Positions 36,045-46,220 are shown, counted from the stretch's first letter. The stretch: DNA of 64,000 nt from a bacterium (GCA_021790235.1 JAJYID010000002.1:26125-90124); one strand, 5' to 3'. Numbers and translations are program-made. The notes: generated from the letters alone by a model not told the origin.

Positions 36045-37133
36045 ATGATAAAAAATAGAAAAGAACAAATATATATTCTCGCTCTCGATATGGCCTTAAA
36101 CACTTTCGGTTTTGAGAGGTTAAAGAAAATAAAACAAAGCGGACTGAGTTTTGAGGAAGTTTGGGAAATGCCCGGAGAACAACTGGAACAGAAGCTCGGT
36201 AAATATGACTTTATTGAAAAATTGATCAAGGAAAGGGGGAAAATAGACCCAGATAGGGAATACGGGAAACTGGAAAAACAAAAAATAAGTTTTACTACTA
36301 TCTATGACGAGGATTACCCTAAAAATTTAAAAGAAATTTTTTCACCTCCTGTTGTTCTTTATTATAAAGGCGATTTAAATGTCTTAAATGAAGTTTGCTT
36401 GGCAGTAGTAGGTTCGAGAAAATTCACAACATACGGAAAAAACGTGGCAGAAAAGGTTGTATACAGTCTGGCTGAAAGCGGATTTACAATAGTCAGCGGG
36501 ATGGCTCTCGGGATTGATACTTTCGCCCATACTTATGCATTAAATGCCAAAGGTAGCACGGTTGCCGTGCTCGGCTGCGGACTTGACCATCCTTATCCTT
36601 CATCAAATGCAAACCTTTTCCGGCAAATCATAGACTCCGGCGGACTGGCGCTCAGCGAATACATGCCAGGGAAACCGCCCCTTCCACAGCATTTTCCTGC
36701 TAGAAATAGGATTATTTCCGGCCTTTCTAAGGGTATTTTAATAATAGAAGCAGGTATAAAGTCAGGTGCTCTAATAACCGCGAGAGACGGATTTGAACAA
36801 AACAAGGACATTTTTGCCGTGCCTGGCACAATCTTTGGAGAATCATCAAGCGGCACAAATCAGCTTCTGAAAATGGGAGCAAACCTAGTCACGAGCTCGG
36901 AAGATATTATTGAATATTACGGTTACAAAACTAAACCTAAAAAGGTGATGAAACCTGCAAACAACAAAGAAAAAGCTATTTTTGAAGCTTTAAAAGATGA
37001 AAAAATGCATGTCGATAAAATCATTAAAGAAAGCGGACTTGAAGCCCAAAAGGTTATTTCGAGCTTGACACTAATGGAGATAAAAGGTAAGGTAAAAAAC
37101 TTAGGAGGTATGGTTTACACGTTAAATTCCTAA
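36045..37133 (+). CDS. dprA: DNA-processing protein DprA (Smf)
   Basis: Has VVGSRKFTTYG, GMALGIDTFAHTYAL and PARNRIISGLS, plus a C-terminal winged helix. Confidence 0.9.
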   Translation: MIKNRKEQIYILALDMALNTFGFERLKKIKQSGLSFEEVWEMPGEQLEQKLGKYDFIEKLIKERGKIDPDREYGKLEKQKISFTTIYDEDYPKNLKEIFSPPVVLYYKGDLNVLNEVCLAVVGSRKFTTYGKNVAEKVVYSLAESGFTIVSGMALGIDTFAHTYALNAKGSTVAVLGCGLDHPYPSSNANLFRQIIDSGGLALSEYMPGKPPLPQHFPARNRIISGLSKGILIIEAGIKSGALITARDGFEQNKDIFAVPGTIFGESSSGTNQLLKMGANLVTSSEDIIEYYGYKTKPKKVMKPANNKEKAIFEALKDEKMHVDKIIKESGLEAQKVISSLTLMEIKGKVKNLGGMVYTLNS

Positions 37134-37134
37134 A

Positions 37135-37770
37135 ATGAAAGAAAATAGAAAAATAAACAGAAAGCCAGTAACAATTAAAATAATTGAGAGAGGCTCAGAA
37201 GAAAAAACAAAAGAAGTCGAAGGAGCACTTCAAAAATATGATATTCCTGAGATGGTCAGTGAAATGACGGGTCTAAAGTGGAAAAAGAACTCTATCAAAC
37301 TACAACAAATTGAAAACGGCGCTAATTTCGAGAAAGACTATATCGTGCTTATTAATCTAAATATGGGGATTTATTGTTTAAGTGGTATTACCCACGAAAC
37401 AGTACATCTAATATTAAGACAAAACAATTGGCTCGAAAATGAAGAAATTCATAATTTTGTCAATAAATATCCGGAGATGAAAAAATATCCTAAGGATAGA
37501 GAAGGTTATCCACTTGAACAAATGATTGCTTATCTGATAATGGAAGATATTTCTAAACCGATTGGCAAAAAAGAAGGCCTAGAAAAATTAGCTGAAACGG
37601 GCGGTCATGGCAGTTTTGAAAAGATATTAGAAAGAGAATTTGGTACCGAAACAAAAGAAAAGATAGGAAAAATGATAATTGAAAAATGGCCGGAACACAA
37701 GAACTATTCAAATGTGATAGAATGGCTTGAATCGATAATAAAACAATTTGAGGAAAGAAATAAGGTATGA
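37135..37770 (+). CDS. hypothetical HExxH-motif protein (orphan, member C, weaker similarity)
   Basis: 211 aa with GITHETVHLILRQ. It is packed between dprA (2-nt gap) and topA (4-nt overlap). Confidence 0.45.
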   Translation: MKENRKINRKPVTIKIIERGSEEKTKEVEGALQKYDIPEMVSEMTGLKWKKNSIKLQQIENGANFEKDYIVLINLNMGIYCLSGITHETVHLILRQNNWLENEEIHNFVNKYPEMKKYPKDREGYPLEQMIAYLIMEDISKPIGKKEGLEKLAETGGHGSFEKILEREFGTETKEKIGKMIIEKWPEHKNYSNVIEWLESIIKQFEERNKV

Positions 37771-39740
37771 AAAACTTAGTAATAGTAGAATCACCGGCAA
37801 AGTCAAATACAATAGAGAAATACCTTGGCAAAGATTACAAGGTTATGGCTTCCTATGGTCATGTTCGTGATCTGCCAAAAAGCAGAATGGGTATCGATAT
37901 AGAACATGACTTTGAACCAGAATATATCATTCCCATGAAAGCCAAGAAAAACTTAAATAATATCAAGAAGCGGGCTAAAGAAGCAGAACTCGTCCTGCTT
38001 GCCACCGACCTTGACCGGGAAGGGGAGTCCATTGCCTGGCATATAGCCGGATCCATAGAAAACAAACATATAAAAAGAATCACTTTCTCGGAAATTACAA
38101 AGGACGCGATTTTAAGTGCCATAAAAAATCCGGGTACTTTAAATGAAGATTTGTTTAATGCCCAGCAAGCAAGACGAGTGCTTGATAGGCTTGTCGGTTA
38201 CTCTCTAAGCCCACTTCTTTGGCAAAAAGTGCGAAAAGGATTATCTGCCGGCCGAGTCCAGTCAGTGGCAGTGAAAATAATTGTAGACCGAGAAAGAGAA
38301 ATTCAAAGTTTCAAAGCCGAAGAATATTGGGAAATTGCTGTTGAATTAGATAAAAACCAGAATAAATATCTCGCTCATTTAATTAAAATAGGCGGCAAAC
38401 AAGCAGAAATCAAAAACAAAAAGGAATCGCGCAAGGTTGAGTCGGAAATCCAAAACGAAACTTTCAAAGTTACAGATGTAACAAAAAAAGAAATCAAAAG
38501 ATCACCGGCACCGCCTTTTATAACCTCAACACTTCAGCAGGAGTCGGCAAGAAAGCTGGGATTTTCGGCCAAGAAAACCATGATGCTTGCCCAGCAGCTT
38601 TATGAGGGCATCAATGTAGGCGAAGGCAGCGAAGGCCTCATAACATACATGAGAACGGATTCTTTGAATCTGTCGGCACAGGCAAGAAACCAGATTAAAG
38701 AATATCTTTTAAAAAACTTTGGCAAAGATTATGTGAGTGAAAAGGCCAGAACATACAAAAAAAGCAAGGGTGCCCAGGAGGCGCACGAAGCCATCCGGCC
38801 AACACACATCACCAACACCCCAGAAAATATCAAGGGACACCTTACACCTGATCAACTGAAACTTTATACTCTGATCTTTAACCGGACACTGGCTTCGCAA
38901 ATGTCGGATGCTAGGTATTCGCAAGTGACAGCTAAGATTGAAGCTGGTAAATACCTTTTCAGAACAGGTGGAAGGGATTTACTTTTTGGAGGCTTCATGA
39001 AGGTTTATCTGGAAAAAGCAGAAACTGAAGAAAAGGATGCCAAATTCTCAAATCTGAAAGAACTAGTTAAAGATGATATTTTGAAACATTTAAAGACGAT
39101 TCCAGAACAGAAGTTCACTTTGGCCCCTCCGAGATTTACTGAGGCATCTCTCATTAAAGTGCTCGAAGAAAATGGTATAGGCAGACCTTCAACCTATGCG
39201 CCGACTATTTCAACCATCATAGATCGCGGATACGTGAAGTTAGAAGAACGGAGATTTTATCCTACTGAAATTGGTTTCATCGTTACAGATATGCTGAGTG
39301 AAAATTTTCCCTTTGTAGTCAATGTAGATTTTACGGCTAATATAGAAAACGAACTTGATGAAATAGCGATCGGCAAAATGAAGTGGCAAAAGGCCATTGG
39401 TGACTTCTACCATCCGTTCAAAGAAGAACTAGATAAAAAATCCGAAAAGATCGAGAAAGTGAAACTGCCAGAAAGAGAAACGAGTGAGAAATGTGAGAAA
39501 TGCGGCGGACCAATGGTGATCAAACTCGGAAGATTCGGCGAGTTCATGGCCTGCAAAAATTTCCCTGAATGCAAGTTCACAAAAGCGATCGTGAAAAGTA
39601 CCGGCGTAAAGTGTCCTGAGTGTGAAGAGGGAGATATCATCGAGCGAAAAACCCGGAAAGGCAGGACTTTCTGGGGCTGCAGCCGCTATCCGGACTGCAA
39701 ATACGCCACTTGGCAAGATCCAAACAAAACTAAAAAGTAA
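37767..39740 (+). CDS. topA: DNA topoisomerase I
   Basis: TOPRIM LVIVESPAKSNTIEKYLG and ATDLDREGE, the active-site region YMRTDS, and C-terminal CxxC zinc ribbons. Confidence 0.95.
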   Translation: MKNLVIVESPAKSNTIEKYLGKDYKVMASYGHVRDLPKSRMGIDIEHDFEPEYIIPMKAKKNLNNIKKRAKEAELVLLATDLDREGESIAWHIAGSIENKHIKRITFSEITKDAILSAIKNPGTLNEDLFNAQQARRVLDRLVGYSLSPLLWQKVRKGLSAGRVQSVAVKIIVDREREIQSFKAEEYWEIAVELDKNQNKYLAHLIKIGGKQAEIKNKKESRKVESEIQNETFKVTDVTKKEIKRSPAPPFITSTLQQESARKLGFSAKKTMMLAQQLYEGINVGEGSEGLITYMRTDSLNLSAQARNQIKEYLLKNFGKDYVSEKARTYKKSKGAQEAHEAIRPTHITNTPENIKGHLTPDQLKLYTLIFNRTLASQMSDARYSQVTAKIEAGKYLFRTGGRDLLFGGFMKVYLEKAETEEKDAKFSNLKELVKDDILKHLKTIPEQKFTLAPPRFTEASLIKVLEENGIGRPSTYAPTISTIIDRGYVKLEERRFYPTEIGFIVTDMLSENFPFVVNVDFTANIENELDEIAIGKMKWQKAIGDFYHPFKEELDKKSEKIEKVKLPERETSEKCEKCGGPMVIKLGRFGEFMACKNFPECKFTKAIVKSTGVKCPECEEGDIIERKTRKGRTFWGCSRYPDCKYATWQDPNKTKK

Positions 39741-39911
39741 AGATCATCTCCTGATCAATCTATCCCGAGTGACGATCCCTTGACTCATGTTTGATGAAAT
39801 TAATCAGAAACTCAACTTTACAATAACTACATCGATGTAGTTGATGTAGATGCTGTTCCGCATTTTTTTTTGCGACTACTGCTTTACCAGACTACATTAG
39901 TTGATCAAAAT

Positions 39912-39980
39912 GTTCGAGCCCGATCACGCCCACCAGATTTGTGTCTTGATATAATGCCTTTCCTGAGGCATTATTATTTT
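39912..39980 (+). repeat. copy X1: tRNA-3'-end-like segment plus terminator hairpin
   Basis: GTTCGAGCCCGATCACGCCCACCAGATTTGTGTCTTGATATAATGCCTTTCCTGAGGCATTATT. Confidence 0.6.
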
Positions 39981-40071
39981 CTAAAATCCTGACACCATTT
40001 CGGCATTCGAACTTTTGTACTCAAAAGCGATTGAAACTTAACTAAAGGTTTATTAGTGTTATAATCTATTC

Positions 40072-41034
40072 ATGAATGAACAAATGGGTTCGATTGAATT
40101 CGATGATAAAAAGAGTTTGGAGAATCTTAAAGAATCCAAAAGTTTTTATCTTGACCAAGATTTACAGAAGGAGTTGCGAGGATTGACAATAGGGAGCGCG
40201 GAAGTTCTGGAAGAAAATTCAAAAAGAATTTTACAAAATTTACAAGAACTGAGACAAAGCAATGGCCGATACAGAATTGCATATGAAAATAATATAGATA
40301 GGGCTAGGGAATATACTTCTGTAATAAGGCCCTGCCACGAAACCTCTGGTAAAGCACTGCTGCAAATCCTGGAAGATGGCAAATTTTTACCACATTATGA
40401 AGCTCGCAGGCAATATCCTGACATCAATGCGAGAACAACAGAGGCTGATAAAGGAATAAACTCCGATTTATCTATATTCTGCGGGCTCGAGCTCTTTAAG
40501 GGTTTGGGCGATAAATATTCGGTGGTTTTCAATAAGGAAGTCTTAGAAAGACCTACTACATATCTTGCCTTCAATGATTTGGCTGAATGCTTATCTACCT
40601 CTGCTAGTCAATATAAGAGCAAGAGCTATTTAGATCAATATCGAAAAAGAATAATACCCGGCAGAGATGCACGTAAGATTTTGTCAGAATCATTAGCCAC
40701 TTTCCAGCAGAGTTATTATACAGATTTCAATGAACGTGCATTGATGGGTAATCATGAAAAAATGGGCGTTCCTGAATCATGCGGGACCGGTGACTCCGGT
40801 AGACCTGAGATCCAACTCTTAAATCCAACGGTACAGGACATTGAAGCCGTCGTTATCCGCGATGTTTCGGGAAGGAAGATTAATAACGATGTGGACGAAA
40901 AGGTTCTGGTCGAGAGGCTCCAAAAGCTTGATATCCCAGTGAAGTATTTGAGCGACATTAAAGAGGTCAAAGGAGAAAAATCTGCCTGGGGATCAGAGAC
41001 TTTCTTTAAGGAATTAGAGCAAAATCAATCTTAA
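40072..41034 (+). CDS. hypothetical protein (320 aa) bracketed by repeats X1/X2
   Basis: Uninterrupted ORF. The segment RPCHETSGKALLQILEDGKFLP, with later SIFCG and RPEIQLL, loosely recalls H-Y/F-E ADP-ribosyltransferase-type strands. This is speculative. Confidence 0.5.
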   Translation: MNEQMGSIEFDDKKSLENLKESKSFYLDQDLQKELRGLTIGSAEVLEENSKRILQNLQELRQSNGRYRIAYENNIDRAREYTSVIRPCHETSGKALLQILEDGKFLPHYEARRQYPDINARTTEADKGINSDLSIFCGLELFKGLGDKYSVVFNKEVLERPTTYLAFNDLAECLSTSASQYKSKSYLDQYRKRIIPGRDARKILSESLATFQQSYYTDFNERALMGNHEKMGVPESCGTGDSGRPEIQLLNPTVQDIEAVVIRDVSGRKINNDVDEKVLVERLQKLDIPVKYLSDIKEVKGEKSAWGSETFFKELEQNQS

Positions 41035-41118
41035 TAAAGATGATTGGAGAGATAATGATTTTCTCTTTTTGCCCTGCTAAGCGGCTAATTTCACAACTAT
41101 TTTCTCCAACTGATTCAC

Positions 41119-41200
41119 AAGCACCTGGTTCGAGTAAGTGCCGATTACGCCCACCAGAAAACCGGTTGATAAAAATGCCTTTCTATGGGCATTTTTTGTT
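41119..41200 (+). repeat. copy X2: tRNA-3'-end-like segment plus terminator hairpin
   Basis: AAGCACCTGGTTCGAGTAAGTGCCGATTACGCCCACCAGAAAACCGGTTGATAAAAATGCCTTTCTATGGGCATTTTTT. Confidence 0.6.
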
Positions 41201-41343
41201 TCAAACTCATTTTACAGAGAATTAGATTAGGATGTCTTTTTTAGTGAAGTGTCACGGTTCGAAATGGAATTTATGAAAAAATATTTGACATTTGAGCTTG
41301 AGTTGTGCTATAATTATTAAAACTTACCGATAGCAAGTAAAAA

Positions 41344-42408
41344 ATGAAAAATATTGAAACAATTAAGAAAGGTACATCCAAGGGAAATTCCGATGATTTT
41401 GGGAGAATGGCTGGTTCAATATTATCCGGGAAGATTTTAAAAAAAGACCGTGATAAAGAGATATTATCCGAAAGGTATGGACTTTCAGGGGAAAAACCCA
41501 AAACTCTCGAAGCTATAGGGAAAAATCTCAAGGTAACGAGAGAAAGAGTGCGTCAAATAGAGAAAGTGGCACTTAAAAAACTTGAAAATCAAGCTTCAAA
41601 TATTGAAGAAATTAACTTATTTCACCAGAAAGTAAATAAAAAGATTCAAGAATTTGGCGGCTTCGTAAATGAAGAACGCCTTATTTCTGCATTCTTAAAA
41701 ACCAAAGAACAAGACAGCTCGGAAATAAACTCTTTTCTTTTTCTGGTGCAATTAGATTCGAATTTGACTAGATATGGTGAAAATAAGGAGACAAGAAGCT
41801 ATTGGATTTCGAAAGATAGCGATAATAAGAAAATGCAATCGCTTTCAAAGACGATAGATACTTTTTTTGAAACAAAAAAGAAAGTTCAAAGTGCCGAAAG
41901 TATTGCAAAAGAACTATCTACATCACCTATAAAAGTTGAATCACTTTTGTGGGTCAAAAAGAACACACTTCAAACAGAAGAGAAAAAATGGGGTCTTATA
42001 ACTTGGCGTGAGGTCAATCCGAAGAGTATTAAGGATAAAACATATATTATTATGAAGAAGCATAAAAAACCGCTTCATTATAGTGATATTACTAAAAAAA
42101 TTCTTGAGCATAAATTACAGAAAAGACCAGTTACAAAACAAGCTGTACATAATGAACTGATAAGAGACGACCGTTTTGTTTTAATTGGACGCGGTATTTA
42201 TGCACTTAGCGAATGGGGTTACAAACCCGGAGTCGTTGAAGAAGTCATTGTAGAAATTTTAAGAGAAGCTGGACGCCCTATGCATAAGAACGAGATTATC
42301 AAAGAAGTAAGCAAACACAGGATAGTTAAGGAAACAACAGTTATTTTGAATCTGCAGAAAAACTCTTTCAAAAGGGTCGCCAGAGCAACTTACACCCTGG
42401 CAAAATAA
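41344..42408 (+). CDS. sigma-70 region-4 plus HARE-HTH domain protein
   Basis: LSERYGLSGEKPKTLEAIGKNLKVTRERVRQIEKVALKKL is sigma region 4. The C-terminal KPLHYSDITKKILEH...RFVLIGRGIYALSEWGY is the HARE-HTH pattern. Confidence 0.7.
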   Translation: MKNIETIKKGTSKGNSDDFGRMAGSILSGKILKKDRDKEILSERYGLSGEKPKTLEAIGKNLKVTRERVRQIEKVALKKLENQASNIEEINLFHQKVNKKIQEFGGFVNEERLISAFLKTKEQDSSEINSFLFLVQLDSNLTRYGENKETRSYWISKDSDNKKMQSLSKTIDTFFETKKKVQSAESIAKELSTSPIKVESLLWVKKNTLQTEEKKWGLITWREVNPKSIKDKTYIIMKKHKKPLHYSDITKKILEHKLQKRPVTKQAVHNELIRDDRFVLIGRGIYALSEWGYKPGVVEEVIVEILREAGRPMHKNEIIKEVSKHRIVKETTVILNLQKNSFKRVARATYTLAK

Positions 42409-42478
42409 AGTAAGTTAGTGGGTGGCTAAGGTTAATATGTTAGTAAACCTGTGACCCGCTAAACAATTAACCAACAAT

Positions 42479-45400
42479 ATGTTAGAAGTTTTTATATACA
42501 TTGCCAAAGGAATCTTTCAACTACTTATGTGGACTTGGTGGATTATAGTCCCCATAATAGCTATTATTGCTTTTCAAAATCATAGAAAAACAAGGTGGGT
42601 TGAAAAACTTGAAAGTATCATACTCTCAGTCAAAATACCAAAAAACAGTGAAAAAGGCCCAACGTCCGCCGAAATGATGTTTGCCAGCCTTCATGGCATT
42701 TTAAGACCGACTCAAGATCTGAAAAAGGAAGGAGCAATCCAGGAGCATATAAGTTTCGAAATGGTCGCTGATGCAAAATCTATAACATTCTATGTATGGA
42801 CTCCAAAACACCTCCAAAACTTTGTTGAGGGCCAAGTATATGCTCAATATCCAACAGCAGAAATATCTGCAGTTGATGATTATACAAAAGACGTCGATAT
42901 TGACCATGACGGTAAAGAGGATTGTATTGCCGGATGTGAACTGAAACTAATCAAACCTGATTATTTCCCAATAAAAACTTTTATGAACTTTGAGGTTGAC
43001 CCTCTGGCCGGCATAACCGGAGCATTATCAAAGATAGAAGATCATGCAGAAAGAATGTGGATCCAAATCCTTACTCGTCCTGTATCTGATAGTTGGAGAA
43101 ATAAAGGGCTTCAATACGCTGAGAACCTTAAAAATGGGACTGGCCCAAGTCCATTTTCAAAAGCCGGGGCTATGAAAGGGCTCTCATCGCTGCCTATAAC
43201 TTTATTGCATGGGATATTCGATCTTTTGATGCCTTCTGAAGATTCCAAGGGTGGTGGTAGCCAAGTTAAGTTGCCGCACAATATGGAAACCTCTCTGGCT
43301 TGCCTTGAGGAAAAGGCAAATAAACTTGGTTATGAGGTAAAAATAAGGCTGGTTTACATCGCAAAGTCTAAAGAGCTGGCACGCCAACACCTTCGGATTA
43401 CAGCCGGCGCTTTTAAACAATTTAATACAACTATTGGTAACGGTTTTATTCCGACAAAAATTAGAACAGGACAAGATGTTTTAGATGAATACCGAGCCAG
43501 ACTTTTTGTGGACAAAGGATTTGTTCTAAATATTGAGGAGGTTGCCAGCCTTTATCATCTCCCCCATGCATCTGTTGAAACTCCAAATATAGTTTGGACT
43601 TCATCCAAAAAAGGCGAGCCCCCTTCGAACCTACCATATGAAGGTGCAGTGAATTCTGAAGACTTAACTGTTTTTGCCGAGACCACTTTCCGCGGTCAGC
43701 CGAAAAGATTTGGAATTCAAAAAGACGATAGAAGAAGACATATGTATATCATCGGTAAGAGCGGCACCGGTAAATCTAAATTATTAGAAATTTTAGCAGT
43801 AGATGATATAGAGAGAGGGCACGGTATCGGTATAGTTGATCCGCATGGCGAACTGGTTTTTGATGTTTTAAAAAGAATCCCGGCAAATAGAATCAATGAC
43901 GTAGTTTACGTAAATCCGGCAGATAAAGACTTTCCAGTTGGTTTTAACCCTCTGGAAACCACACCAGAGTTTAGAGAAGAAACAACATCTGGGTTTATTG
44001 TCGCGCTAGAAAGACTCTTTGGCTATAGCTGGGGTCCGAGGCTTGAGTATGTTCTTAGATATACAGTGTTAGCCCTCACTTACACAGAAGATGCCACCAT
44101 GCTTTCAATCATTAGGATGCTTACAGATAAGGATTACAGAAAGAGAGTCCTGGAAAACGTTGAGGATCCGGTAGTAAAAACGTTCTGGCTCAAGGAGTGG
44201 ACCACTTATAATGACCGCTTCCAGGCAGAGGCAGTAGCCCCTATTTTAAACAAAGTTGGTCAGTTTACTGCGTCTCCCATTATCAGGAATATTGTAGGAC
44301 AAGCAAAAGGCACCATAGACTTCGCTGAAGCGATCAATAATCAGAAAATATTGCTTGTAGATCTTTCGACCGGAAAAATAGGGGAGGATAATGCCGAACT
44401 TTTGGGGTCTTTTATCATTACTAAACTCCAGCTCGCCGCTATGGCTAGATCAAAGATGCGACCTGAAGATCGTAAAGACTTCTATCTTTATGTTGATGAG
44501 TTTCAAAATTTTGCAACTACGGCTTTCGCGACTATTCTGTCTGAAGCTAGAAAATATAAGCTAAACCTTACACTTGCAAACCAGTACATTGCCCAAATGG
44601 AAGAAACAGTTCGTGATGCTGTTTTTGGCAATGTTGGCACTTTAATTTCATTTAGAGTAGGTGCAACCGATGCTGCTTATTTAGAAAGAGAGTTTAGCCC
44701 TGTTTTTGAAAAAAATGACCTGATTAATTTGGATAATCAACATCTTTACCTAAACATGTTAATTGATGGCATCACTACTATACCATTTAGTGCAAAAACT
44801 ATATTTGCTACCCCGGCAGATCCGTCGGGGGACAATACCGAAAAGATAGTCCAGGCTTCAAGAGAGAGGTATAGCATTACTCGACAAGAAATTGAAGATA
44901 AGATTGCTAGGTGGACTAACATAGATAAAATAGATGTTGGAGCTCGCATCGATAAACAAGAAAAATCAAGGTTTGAAAAAACTAATATGGAGATAGAACA
45001 GGAAATGGCCGAAAAAAAGAATTTTCGAATTAAAAAACCCTATGAACAAAGGAATATTCAAAATGACCTACAGAAAGTTCAAGTTAAAAAAAGTATCAAT
45101 CCTGATGAACTGAAAAAAATAATTCAAAGAGTAACTCAACCCTCAGCAGAACAAAACCAAGTCAGCACACTAAAGAAATCAGAAATATCAGAAAATAATT
45201 TAAGACAAAGTGGAGAAGAGGAAAGTAGAAAAATCCAAAGTATTCCTGAAAAATCAGAAAAGGAAGAAAATATTAAATCCCCTTTGAAACTGCCAGTCTC
45301 CCAAAATACTAAAAATTATGAGCAAAAAGAAACTATAAGAGAGAAATTAGAAAATCAGCTGGGCAATGATACAACAGTTGAAAATAAGAGGAAAACTTTT

Positions 45401-45898
45401 ACCAACGAGGTCAAGAAAGAGCCCGCTATTCAACAAATGAAAATAAAAGATAATAACCAAAAAAGTAATTTCTCAGATGGAAGAAAGCAGACAACAGTAG
45501 CCGGTTCTAATAAACCAAAAACTGAATATTTTAGGACTGAAAAAAATAAGATAGAACCTGCTTCTTTAGAAAAAGAACAAGCTGCTGAAAATAAAGTTAA
45601 ACCATCCATCAAAATCATCAGATTTTCCGGGTCTGCATCAGCGGAAAAAGCGGCATTTCCTAAACCTGCAAATCAGACTCAACCAATCAAAGCAGATAAA
45701 GATAAACAACAGAATGCAACACCCATTCGGGTTTCAAATTTAAATCAAAATAAGAAAGTTATAAATCCGGCTGGCATCCCTGCAATAATGACAAAAAAGT
45801 TTATTCCAGACGATGACAACATCAGAAAGCTCACTAGGGAAGAGTTCCTGAAACTTAGAGAAATCCAACCAAATGAAAAAATTGTTATTGTTGATTAA
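42479..45898 (+). CDS. VirD4/TraG/TraD-like (type IV coupling protein-like) P-loop ATPase with 2 N-terminal TM helices and long low-complexity tail
   Basis: Walker A HMYIIGKSGTGKSKLLE, VDPHGE, and Walker B FYLYVDEFQNF, with a downstream ANQY...VGTLISFRV. The last ~310 aa are K/E/Q/N-rich. Confidence 0.7.
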   Translation: MLEVFIYIAKGIFQLLMWTWWIIVPIIAIIAFQNHRKTRWVEKLESIILSVKIPKNSEKGPTSAEMMFASLHGILRPTQDLKKEGAIQEHISFEMVADAKSITFYVWTPKHLQNFVEGQVYAQYPTAEISAVDDYTKDVDIDHDGKEDCIAGCELKLIKPDYFPIKTFMNFEVDPLAGITGALSKIEDHAERMWIQILTRPVSDSWRNKGLQYAENLKNGTGPSPFSKAGAMKGLSSLPITLLHGIFDLLMPSEDSKGGGSQVKLPHNMETSLACLEEKANKLGYEVKIRLVYIAKSKELARQHLRITAGAFKQFNTTIGNGFIPTKIRTGQDVLDEYRARLFVDKGFVLNIEEVASLYHLPHASVETPNIVWTSSKKGEPPSNLPYEGAVNSEDLTVFAETTFRGQPKRFGIQKDDRRRHMYIIGKSGTGKSKLLEILAVDDIERGHGIGIVDPHGELVFDVLKRIPANRINDVVYVNPADKDFPVGFNPLETTPEFREETTSGFIVALERLFGYSWGPRLEYVLRYTVLALTYTEDATMLSIIRMLTDKDYRKRVLENVEDPVVKTFWLKEWTTYNDRFQAEAVAPILNKVGQFTASPIIRNIVGQAKGTIDFAEAINNQKILLVDLSTGKIGEDNAELLGSFIITKLQLAAMARSKMRPEDRKDFYLYVDEFQNFATTAFATILSEARKYKLNLTLANQYIAQMEETVRDAVFGNVGTLISFRVGATDAAYLEREFSPVFEKNDLINLDNQHLYLNMLIDGITTIPFSAKTIFATPADPSGDNTEKIVQASRERYSITRQEIEDKIARWTNIDKIDVGARIDKQEKSRFEKTNMEIEQEMAEKKNFRIKKPYEQRNIQNDLQKVQVKKSINPDELKKIIQRVTQPSAEQNQVSTLKKSEISENNLRQSGEEESRKIQSIPEKSEKEENIKSPLKLPVSQNTKNYEQKETIREKLENQLGNDTTVENKRKTFTNEVKKEPAIQQMKIKDNNQKSNFSDGRKQTTVAGSNKPKTEYFRTEKNKIEPASLEKEQAAENKVKPSIKIIRFSGSASAEKAAFPKPANQTQPIKADKDKQQNATPIRVSNLNQNKKVINPAGIPAIMTKKFIPDDDNIRKLTREEFLKLREIQPNEKIVIVD

Positions 45899-45935
45899 TA
45901 ATTTATAAAAAACAGGGGATATAAAAGAGTAGATT

Positions 45936-45959
45936 GATAAGTCTGCTTTTTTACTTATC
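45936..45959 (+). terminator. hairpin after the ATPase gene
   Basis: GATAAGT-CTGCTTTTTT-ACTTATC. Confidence 0.4.
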
Positions 45960-46220
45960 TTCTAAAACCATAAAGGCACTACACTTAAAATTACCAGATA
46001 ACTAAAGAATAGCTTATTCCCCTACTTTTTAGTTTAAAAAATAATATAAGACAAATTACACAAAATAGAAGTTAAGATAATTATTTTTAATAATAATTAA
46101 ATAAACAAAAGTAGAACTCTATTTTGTGAGATGGGCTCGAAGCAGCATAATAAAATTATTATCTATTCAAAAAACCTCTTATACTTTAAAAGAGAAAGGT
46201 AGTTGTACACGTCTAAATAT

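Noticed and set aside
41040-41225. Track ORF of 61 aa
   Set aside because: It is a read-through of repeat X2 and its terminator hairpin, with no RBS and low-complexity sequence.
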